Below, piece by piece: positions 25,601-35,877 of a stretch of 64,000 nucleotides of DNA (the first letter of the stretch is position 1; each line of letters starts with the position of its first letter). Source of the stretch: Amphiscolops sp. MND2022. Taxonomy: Eukaryota. Position numbers and translations under genes: made by a program. The notes beneath the pieces are model-generated. The model saw only the letters and a list, made by a program, of their open reading frames with translations. It had not been told where the DNA came from and searched no databases. Location: assembly GCA_964187785.1 (NCBI GenBank), contig OZ076409.1, forward strand, positions 82,338,001 to 82,402,000, given 5' to 3'.

Positions 25601-27889
25601 GATATTTTGAACGGCTATGGAAAACGAACTTCAATTCTTTGACGTCAATAATTGATCTTCTTCCCGTTTTCGGCGCCATTTCACATTCAATGGGAAAATG
25701 ACAAAAGAACATTAGTAAACCATTGTAAGTTGAAAATTGGGACAAAGAGTTGGTTTTCAAGTATTTCTTAGAAGCTTTTTTGGTCAATTGTTGGCGAAAA
25801 AGAATTGATAAAACATACGAAAACAATTTAAAATCCACTCTGACGAGTCGATAAGGAGAATCGCGAACTAAAGATAAAAAGGAAATGTGACCTGAAAACT
25901 ATAGTTCATTTTACAAGACAAAAGAATCGAAATCCGCCTGACTCATGAGGTCATTTTAAACATCTTTCAATTTAAGATTAAATAAATAAACACATTTTCC
26001 AATTTAAGATTTCCTGCTTTTCGAAAAACCAATAGTAAAAAACACCCGGTCAGATGACAGTTTTGATAGATCAATTTCTCAATTTTCGTTTTTTTTTCAG
26101 GATGAAAAATTCAATATAAGGCAATGTTTTAGTTGTTCTATCTGAAAAATGAAATGATTTTCAATTCAGACGTCAAACTAGATTTGCTGCCGTTATAATG
26201 CCTTTTTCCAACACTATCAAAATACAAGAGTTGCAGTGGTAGTTTGGTACTTGTACTGCTGGGAACTTTTGAGAAATGAGACAATTGTTTGGAGCAAAAA
26301 CACTTTTATGAAATTTTGGTTTGCAAAACTTGGCCTTTTTCAGCATTTTTGCGAGAAGGCGATTTACCGTTTAGAACCATATTGAGTCCTTAAGAGAAAC
26401 ACCTCAGAAAAATTCTTCACAATCGGATGAAAAGACATCACTGAATCATAGGCGATTATAAAAAAATGTGAATAAAAACAAATGAGACTAGTTCAAAGCT
26501 TATCCACCGACGAGAAAGGTTTTTTGAAAGGTTTGAACTTAGATTTCTCGGTGATTCATCGGTGAGGATCGATGAATGGCGTTAGAGTGTCAGTGCACTC
26601 CACTAGTACAGTGAAACATTTTTAGTTTTTCCGATAACCCACATAACAGTTTTTATGTTTCCAAAACAGTTATCCCATTTCTTCTTTCCCTTCCGATTTT
26701 TTAGAACTAGTGTTTCAACGCAATGAACAATCAAATTTTCAAGTTCACCGATTCCAAAGACTATTTTATGCTCAGTCATTTTCAGATATCGTTTGGAACG
26801 AGTGGAAACTTTAATAAACGTTTCTTTTCTTCAAAGTCTTGTTCAACGTGCCTACAATTTTTATGATCAATTTCTAAATCACTACTGTAAATTTCAAGCG
26901 AAAACGTTTCCCAGCTGTGTTCGACTTTTATCAAGCCGGATGAAAGGCTCCTCAAATATTGGATAATAAGTCCATGCCTTGAAGTTTTCCAAGTTTCAAA
27001 ATTCGACAGTACTGTCTTTTAATGCAGCTGACTCGGAGAAGAATTCATTGAGGCTGCTGGAACTGTTTAACATGCCGCTGGCCTGCATGCATGGTATTTT
27101 CCATAAAACCTAGAAGTTTGAGTCAGATCCCGGTGCTAAATAATGTACAATTACATTGCAATTTTCATGATTGAAATTGAAACCGAAAATGTTTGTTTAC
27201 ACGATCATATGCTTACTTACTTCGATTTCTCAGTTAGTCATCTGAATTTACCCCCGCTTCTCAAAAAGCTCACTAAAGATGATGGTAATTTGTTGTTCAC
27301 ATTGTGAATTAAGTCCATTCGCAGCAACATGGCCGTAGAATTAGGAATAGGACAATTGAATTTAAAAATGGAACTGCTTCTCAAAGAAACTTGCAGAACC
27401 AACAAATTTACGATGCTTCTTTCGAACAGCTAGATGAAAGTCGAATCGATCAAGGAACTATTTTCGCAAGAGTTTTAGAAATTCATAACAAAGTTTTGGG
27501 TGTCTATGAAGAACAAGCAAAGGTCCAAGTAACTTCAAGAAGAGATGTTAAACGGGAAACTAACGTAAGTTTGTAAGTTTAGTTGATGATTCGCATCCTA
27601 TTCGAAATACAAAGTGATCATAAAGTGGTTAAATGTTTCAACTGTAATTTCAACTCAGGATTTTTCTACGGAATTGTACAAAGTATACGAAGTATCCTGA
27701 TTTTTCTGAGATTTCAAAACAATTTTCCAGCAATCTCAACATTGTTGATAGTCACTAAGTCGTTACCTCAATCTAAGCCATTGTGTCATTTGTGTTCTAA
27801 GAACTTCCTGGTAAAAAAAGTCCCCCTAAGAAAACCTATATAGGGTTGTAAAACGTTCACTTACAAATTACAAACAGCATTTCACAAAC

Positions 27890-30005
27890 ACCTGGGTTGG
27901 CAACGATTGGCAGTCCACTGCTGGTCACCGATGATCCACTAAAATTCCACCGGTGAACCCCTGAAGTGGGGTTGGTATCTTTTATAGTAATAACTTGAGG
28001 TCCACCGTGGCTCCCAGGTGGAAACACTTGATGTTTTATACAAAATTTTACAAATTGACCCGAACCTGTAATCTTTTAGTTGACTGTCATTCACATCTGC
28101 GTTATCAGCTCTTATGTTTTGTTGGATTTGTTTGAGCTATGTTGGCGTTGCCTACATCGCGGATTGCTGACAGCATTGCATTGCGGTGCTGAAAGTAACC
28201 ATTGAAGCAGCAGAGGAAGGAAAGTTTTTGAAAATATAAATAATACCGCCTCTGACGGCACACAATACTGTACAACTGCTGCGTGGACACTTGCTACTTC
28301 TTAAAACTTTTACTGTGTTAGTAGATTCTGATCCAATTTTGGTGTTAATGCATTTTGTTACAATATATAACACTGTTGAGTTAAATACATAGATTAGTCT
28401 GTTAACATTGCTGTTGAGTTGCTCAAAGTAAGAATAGAAAGGCGCTGGATACGTGGAAATTTGTGTACAACCTTAACGACGTAAAGAAAACAAGTTCAAG
28501 TGAGCTAAAGTGTTTTCTGTACGTCGTCGCTTGAAATTAGGCAATTAGCCAATCAGAGCTAACCATTCATTGTGCTTTATTGTCCTTCGCTATAATGGCC
28601 GGATTAGGCCATTTGAATAAACAACGCTGCCATCATGCTGAAGTCACGCAATAGGACGGTTCAGGCCAACTTCGCAATTAAACATAGAAAAGTACTAGCG
28701 TGCTAATGATACCTCTCTTTCCACTTGTGCTAAATGTAGAAGTGCTTATTTGTACCCTAAAATGTTTGCTGTTGCTTATAAGTTGACCGATGCTTATTAA
28801 CATGAAAGTCTAAATACCAGTCCATGTGCCGGTTTCGGACACGAGACGCTCACATTCTATTAATCGGACAATCTCATTAAGTCACAGTGACAATGAATGG
28901 TTTAGGCAAGTTTGTAAAGTAATGCCTTCACATGACCACTGAGGTACGCGCGTAGGCACGTGCTCAGGTGGAATGTTCGGCTTGATGCAATATTTAAATT
29001 CCTCCGGCACTTTGATGTAAAATGGTAAATTTGGTCAGGTGCCGTTCAAGGAAATTTAGTACTAAAAATGTCAAACTTGATGTCATTGTAATGTAAAGAA
29101 TGTGAGTGCCATGCCGAAGATGGTATAAATAACATCATCCCTCTGAGGCTGACACAGGTAACCCGAACTGTAGTAGTGTTCAAACCGCATTAAAAAAGAT
29201 TTTCAATTGGAGTTTTACTATTTCTTATCGGTTATTTTCAAATGCCGACTACGAAACGCTATCCGACTTAGAACACATGAATAAAATGCTTGGTAGCAAC
29301 CACTTTGAAAGAGAGGATAGCGAGTTCGGAAATTCAGCAAGAAGACCCGAAAGTCCTAGTTACGATGCATTAAGAGACCACAATACCAATTCTCACGCTA
29401 ATTCTGGTGAGAATGAAATCAGGAGGCTTGCCTGAAATGGCCATAATTCGAGGGAATTCGATTCTAGTAGCGAGATAAACAGACTGTCAGGAGAGAACTT
29501 AATTAGAGAATTACTCAAGAAATGAATGATCTGATGAGTTGCGTGAGTTCACAAACTCTAAGGGCTATAAGTGAAGCAATTAATGAACAACTGTTGCCGC
29601 AAATTCACGCCTCACTGAGGTCCGGTTCCGTGCAAATGCCCCAAAAGGGATATAACGTTCCGACCGAGCGACCGGAACATTTATCCGAAGGAAATCTCAA
29701 CCACAAAGTTAGTAGTAGCTCAAATGATTAGTTCCCCCGAAATGTGATTAGAGAAGAAGACGAGGAGGGTACTCATGACACCCGGATTCCATAATTAAAT
29801 AACGAAAATCAAAATAATAGAGTTTCAAAATTGACTCAGAATTCAAAAGTTCAATTGTGTTAGAAAAAAATCCACCTGTGAAAACCAGTGGAAGATTCGT
29901 TGCCACTAGTGGAATTAGTGATTGATGATTCAAAATTATCTCCACCGGTGGTCTTAGGTGTTCCACCGGTGGTTTGCTGGTTTTTGGTGGGTTGCCAGTC
30001 CAGGT
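27890..30005. mobile_element. MITE with ACCTGG..TGGCAAC / GTTGCCA..CCAGGT ends, split by a solo LTR
   Basis: Imperfect TIRs and CCACCGGTG-type subterminal repeats on both sides (27890-28084 and 29781-30005). Confidence 0.55.
28085..29780 (+). mobile_element. Degenerate solo LTR (~1.7 kb) of a family related to the full-length Gypsy element
   Basis: TGTCAT...ATGACA ends; AGCCAATCAGA box; TATAAATA at ~29123; decayed gag N-terminus from ATG 29242 (EINRLS..LN.RITQEMNDLMSCVSSQTLRAISEAINEQLLPQI..NVPTERPE), clearly homologous to the LTR-encoded ORF at 45467. No matching TSD found. Confidence 0.7.
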
Positions 30006-30890
30006 AGGTGAAAAATTCAGGTCGTTTAATATTTCTTACAATGAGCCAAGTTTTTTCATATACTTCTTACATGCGGGTGTCTTATGTTGCACAATTGATG
30101 CAATTTCTACAAAAAATTATTGAAGACGACTGGAAATTCAATTTTCAAACTTCACGAGCGTTTCTTCTGAAAAGAAGTGTAGACTGATAATAAATCAGGT
30201 TGAAATTTGTTTTTGTTGACTCCTCATTTTTCCAGAAGACAATTTTATGGTTGTGAAAGACAATTACGACCTCTATGAGTGAACTGTAACTGTCTTACAT
30301 TACACAAGCGATTAAAGTTTGTTTAGCTGCTGCCCTATATTCGGAGCATGCCCCATAATAGGAGAAATGCTGTAGATGTTTGTCAGAAAAATATTATATT
30401 CTAAATATCAGCTAGCTCAATTAAGAAGCTTTTCTACGCCTCAAGAATCAAAATAATACATCGACTGACTTCATCTTTTCATGAAAGAATGAGAGACGGG
30501 TGCCATTCAGAAATAAAATTTAGAGAACGCATTTAATTCTTTGGCCTTGAAGGAACAAAACCATGTAAGGCAACCAAACAGAAATGTGTAATTGAGTTTA
30601 TCTACAATGAAGAATTTCCATTTGAAATTATTCCCACAGGACACAAATTAATTTCCTCAATTATTTTCTTCGGAGTGAAATTTTATTGAATAAGGTATTG
30701 ATAATAACAAAAGCACGGCAGTTCAAAAGATGAAGAAGAAACCTCGCAAATTGGTTTGAAGACCCGTGGTGAGGTCAATTGTGCACTCAATTCATATCAG
30801 GGAAAAGAATTCGCTGATCATATTTTAGTGCGTTCAGTGTTGGAACTTCATGAAAACATTTGCGTCATGATGCAATGTCATCTAGTTAAG

Positions 30891-31378
30891 CGTGTCCAGA
30901 CAAAAAGGCTTCCAGACAAAAGGGCTTACAGACAAAAGGGCCAAAAACACAGACAAAAAGGCCACAGACAAAAAGGCCAAAAAAGCAGACAAAAGGGCCA
31001 AAATAATTTTAATTAAGAGCTCAATTATTATAACGTAGTCAGCTATGTTCACATACCCCTAGTGCCCTAAATGCAGGAGCGAAGGGAAGCGGAGCGACGT
31101 GCCATTTGGCCATGCCTCAATGTTGCTACTTGGCGAAGGGAGCGAAGCGACCGAGCCATACAACAAATATGCTAACGTCTTCAAATAAATCAAGTTCCAG
31201 ATCCGTTTTATTACATTGAAAAAACAATTTTTTCATTGAAAAAACAATTAAAATATAACTTTGGTTTTTGGCCCTTTTGTCTGCTTTTTTGGCCTTTTTG
31301 TCTGTGGCCCTTTTGTCTGTGTTTTTTGGCCCTTTTGTCTGGAAGCCTTTTTGTCTGTGGCCCTTTTGTCTGTGCACC
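30891..31378. mobile_element. Foldback/MULE-like MITE
   Basis: Long inverted arms made of CAGACAAAAGGGC(C)A units; 9-bp direct repeat CTAGTTAAG at 30882-30890 and 31379-31387, consistent with a Mutator-type TSD. Confidence 0.8.
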
Positions 31379-32509
31379 CTAGTTAAGAAATCTCCCTAAA
31401 TAGCTTTGTTATTTTCACTATTTTCTTTAGTCGCCTTTATGAAATAAAAACCAACTGTAATCATTACTGTTTTGAGTTCCTGAAAACCTTCAGAAGGGTT
31501 GATCCAAAAACTTCCACAGTTAATGTGCACCGCGTTTTAGTGTTTTTTTAAACTGATCCACTAAGATCTGTACAGGCTGTTTTCTAAGGCTGTAATAATT
31601 AGCAAAAGTGTGATTTTTTTACATTCCAGATTTTAGAGCATTCCAGCCAAGGTCGTTCGTTTGGTTATCCCAAGGCAAAGATGGATAACATGTATTCACT
31701 TTTAGGTGCTATAATTTATAATGATTTAAATTCAGAGTTGATTCTCTATGTTCATGCAATGATTTATTTGTGATGAATCTCTCTGTTTTTACTGCTATGA
31801 GAACCAGTTTCCGAAATTTTAGTTTTGTTTCGAAATGAGGCGTTGTTTGAAATAAAGTGTCGCCTTTCACTTGAAGCCGATATAAGAACTTTATATAATT
31901 TTTCACGATCTCGATCATCAATGCTTGTACAGGCTTCTATTTCATATGAAATGATTGATATTGCTCTGAGTGAAACTGATAGTAGAATTGAAGTAAACTT
32001 TGCTCTTAAACTTTGCCAATCATCTTTCAATTCAGTTTTTCTATTTTTACAGGCAGCGTTCCTAAAAACCCAATGCTCGCAATGAACGTTTTATGAGATT
32101 TTTCAGCAGAAGTCTTGCTTAAAACGCATGATGAACTCTATACGTTGTCTCAAAAAACACAAAAAAAATGGTGTGAATATAGTGCTGTTTATTTCAACTT
32201 TCAACCGGGGTGTTGAAGAAAAAGGATTGCATTTTGGAGATGCAGATATAACATCTCACACAAAAATAATCAAGAGAAATGTTGAATGAATTTTTGGTAG
32301 ACTTTTATTCGGAAACCCATCGATGAAAAATTACAGCATTTTTTGTAAGAATTTCACACAATAAGGTGCAAATTTTGCAAAAATTGATAACAGAATCTAG
32401 CAAGAAATGGTCGACATTGTACCAAGCGTGCAAAATTTGCTATTCTTGTACAAACTTTGTAAAAAATGCATAACTGGTAGAAAGTTCGGCCGAATTTTGC
32501 AAAGGTTGT

Positions 32510-34267
32510 TGTCGTAAGCACGAGAATTCGTGCTTGTGAATCCGTCTTTGAGACGGTCATTGGCCTGCTTACTCTTAGAATTGTTCCTAGGTTCTAAGTT
32601 TTGCAGCACTTCGGAATATCCTTCTGGTCTCTCAGCCGGAACGTTCAATCTCTCTTTGGTCAACTATCCCGACACGGCCATAACTGCATTTTGGATTTGA
32701 GGCAAAATTTGACTACTGATTGCCTCATTTATGGCCCTTTGAATCTGAACACTGACGCTATTCATCATTTCATCCATCTCTCGAGATATACGGGAATTTA
32801 ACTCACTCGACAGTCTATTGATCTCAACACTTGAACTCTCTCTGATTGAATTTTGGCCTAATTCGGTATTTGGGATAGGTCCATTATTTCCCGGGTTTGG
32901 GAACTCATTCTCATTCTCATCTCCAAATTCATCTCCAAATAAGCTTTCTGGCCTACCGGCCTGATTACTATTCACACTTTCACTTCTCTCATTTCTATCA
33001 AAGTGGTTTCCTCCGAGCATAATATCCAAATTCTCAATGTCTGATAGCATTTCTGCTTCTCTAGATTTCCTTGCTTTCTTCTGTTTCCTAGTAGTAGGCA
33101 TTTAGAAAGAAAGTCAGAGGTTAATATTGAATTAGTTCGGAAAACTGGTAATATTAATGAACTGAACGTTATGAAAAGAAAGCAAATTGTGTCCCCTCAG
33201 GAGGGGGGTGTATATATATACCTCCTGAGGCATGACACTCACATTTTCCACATATTATTGAAATGTTTACATATTTTAAAGGATCATGAGATTTTACGAG
33301 GATTGAAAAATAGCTATTGCATCAAAGTGATTCAGGAATTTAGGGTCGGAAGAATTCCTGAAGAATGTACTCAATTACATACTCATGATAGCTTCAAAGT
33401 ACGTGGGACGGTTTAGTCCGCATTCCCGTAACAATTAACATCAAGGCAAATACATGTTCAGACACTTCAAAGTAATATTTGTGTCAACAGGTATGTGAGG
33501 TATCTAAGGCACGTGCCTGCACACGCAGGCTAATTCATCAGGTAGCAACTCTAATTATATGCACTAATAAAAGGTGAGCGTGGCCCAATTCGGCCATTTG
33601 ACAAAGGTACCAGCCAATTAAAGTGACCGGTTTAGTCCACTGGACTAGTATTTAGAGTTTCATGACTGGTGGTCACAGCTACATCAATTGGGTTTAAATA
33701 GCCCCATTAGCGCCTTCTAAATACAAATATAATCCTACATGACTTTAAATAACATGCATACTCAAATTAAACAATTACATAAGCTAATAGTTGGAATGGC
33801 CTAACCCGGCCATTTACCTTTGGTCCGCTTACAAAATAAGGTATAGCGTCAAGTGGCCGTATACGGCCAAACAAATATGACAGTATAATGCACAGCAGGA
33901 TAGAGCGTTCTGATTGGCTGACGGAATGAGCTCAAGTGACGTCTCCGGAATTGGAGTTTTGTTCACTTGAACTCGTTTCCGTTAAGCTTTACACTTGCCT
34001 TTATTACATTACGTCACTGCTGAACAATTCATCATATAAACATAATCATCACCGTTTGAATTCTAACACGGGTATTAATCAGACTAATATTCATTTGGCG
34101 GTATAAAACCATAATCCGAATACATAATGAATGTAATAAAACAACAGTGAGTTTTACTGAAAGTTTTGAATAATTCTCCTAAAATGTGGGTAAAGTGCCT
34201 GGTACGGCTTCTTGCTCGTTGGTAGTCGTTGTGATTCGTGTCCCATCGCAAGCGGCAGCCTGCGACA
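32510..34267 (-). repeat. 3' LTR (1758 bp)
   Basis: Direct repeat of 44876-46631; about 16 substitutions and one 2-bp indel by manual comparison. Confidence 0.97.
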
Positions 34268-34970
34268 CTGCGGGTGCTAGGAAAAGAAGACTTCCGGCAT
34301 GTAGACCATTTTCGTAGGCCTCTCTCCTCAAGTCCGTTATGTATGCCGGTTCACTGCGCGGTGTCGATCTGCTCATGTACCAATTCACCTTCTCTTGTTT
34401 AATTTCGTCCACTGATCTTCCACAGACCATACATCCACGGCCCAACTGTTTACTAAGATCCGAATACGGCTGTACTTGTTGGATGTGGTAAGATGCGTGG
34501 AAGCTGGTGCTAACTGGCTGTTCCATGAGCACGTCTTGGGACGGCCCTCTCTCATGTTCGGGCGGAGACAACGGCGATTCCAACACTGGTAGAATTGTGT
34601 TGCAAAGTTCTATCCGGGTTCTTTCTGCCTTCCTCATCGGCGCATACAGGAGTTTCTCGTCAAAGTGTTTGAATCCCAATTTCGGAGTCGAAGGCGGCCG
34701 CATTTGAAGATTACTTGGTCCAGCTGCTGATTCTGTAGCCTGCCCCTCCACAGTCATCTTGCGACCTGCGATCAAAATTGGGCTTGACTTAACTTCCCTC
34801 TCGATTCTCTCTATGATAGCCTCGGTGTCCGTGGACCAATCGGAATCCCATGAGGTAGATGAGGTGTCTTCCTCCTCGTCACTCGATAGGTAGATGACTG
34901 AATTTACGGAGGCTTCTGAGTCCGATTCTTCTAAGTCGAAAAGCTTTCTTGCTAAGTTAAATTTAGCCAT
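34179..34970 (-). CDS. Retrotransposon accessory ORF3 (263 aa from the first ATG), unknown function; last ~29 codons lie inside the 3' LTR
   Basis: Open frame 35048-34179; ATG at 34970 (MAKFNLARKLF...); acidic/Ser-rich N-terminus and CxxC (CMVC); no signal peptide or TM segment, so not env-like. Confidence 0.75.
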   Translation of the reverse strand: MAKFNLARKLFDLEESDSEASVNSVIYLSSDEEEDTSSTSWDSDWSTDTEAIIERIEREVKSSPILIAGRKMTVEGQATESAAGPSNLQMRPPSTPKLGFKHFDEKLLYAPMRKAERTRIELCNTILPVLESPLSPPEHERGPSQDVLMEQPVSTSFHASYHIQQVQPYSDLSKQLGRGCMVCGRSVDEIKQEKVNWYMSRSTPRSEPAYITDLRREAYENGLHAGSLLFLAPAVSQAAACDGTRITTTTNEQEAVPGTLPTF

Positions 34971-35048
34971 TATTATCTTTTTTGCAATTTTGTTGATTCG
35001 CAGAGCGACTTGTTGCTTGCAGGATTCAAAGTTGAATGAATTTGTCAA

Positions 35049-35877
35049 AATTTTCTTCAGGCCAATTCAGGCTATTTTCCCGGAGTTCCATTTCGGCGGG
35101 AGAGACCATGGTCAATCGCCCTGATCCGTCGTAAACTTTCTAGAATGGAATTTCTCAGCGGCTTATTTATCCTTTGAAATTCGGAATGGAACCCCCCTTT
35201 CTCACTCTCTCAAGTGAGTATGCGAAGAGGTGTTAAGTTGACAACAACAAATAATTCCACTTCAAGTGGGTAATCAACATCAAGCTTGATAGCAATTAAC
35301 GGCACTTGTCGGATGAAACTCACTGAAATGGCTTCAGCCAATCAAATTTGAGCTTCGATAAATTTGGAAAAATGAATAATAAAGATGGCGGAAAATAATA
35401 ATTTTGAATAACTAAAATGGCGAAAATCTAACTAAGGTAACTAGGAAAACTGAACAAAACGGCAACATAAGTTGGGGTAAACGGCCATAATCGGCCACTA
35501 ATTGTAACAAGGTTGTAAATAGCGAGATACGCCCTGTACATTTCGCTGGCAGACTCCGTGTACAGATTTAAATATGTAGATAATCAAATAATATTAGTCT
35601 GGTAAACCTTCAGCCACGATCTCCAACTTTCATTTCTTCCATTGTTTATTTATTTCATTTGTACTACCATTACCATTCGAATTCCTTTATACTCGATTCT
35701 TATACCATTTGCTAGTCCTTTTATCTACCTGGGGCTCCAGAACAGTTGTGGACTTCTCCTTCATTCTCCGTAGCCATCCGAGCCTCCTCCCCATCTGTTG
35801 TCCGAGTCCGGCCATCATCCCCAATTTTCTCATCCGAATTTGGGTAGATCCTCAGTGGATTCAATTATCTCAGCAGG
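35049..35877. promoter_or_regulatory. Candidate internal bidirectional promoter between ORF3 and the antisense gene
   Basis: Non-coding AT-rich spacer between head-to-head ORFs; AGCCAATCA at 35336-35344; YY1-like AAGATGGCGG at 35382 and AAAATGGCG at 35414. Confidence 0.4.

Noticed and set aside
23172..25838. Candidate first or signal-peptide exons for the acidic protein (e.g. ATG..GAG|GTAAAG near 24163-24213; AAG|GTAAGC near 24810)
   Set aside because: None gave both a convincing hydrophobic signal peptide and compatible splice context.
30891..31378. Short regular repeats (CAGACAAAAGGGC) that could suggest a CRISPR-like array or a QKG-repeat protein
   Set aside because: No unique spacers, arms are inverted and bounded by a 9-bp TSD, and the context is eukaryotic: a foldback MITE.
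32397..33101. Apparent second gag gene
   Set aside because: It is the 3' LTR copy of the LTR-encoded gag N-terminus and runs into flanking DNA after the LTR end.
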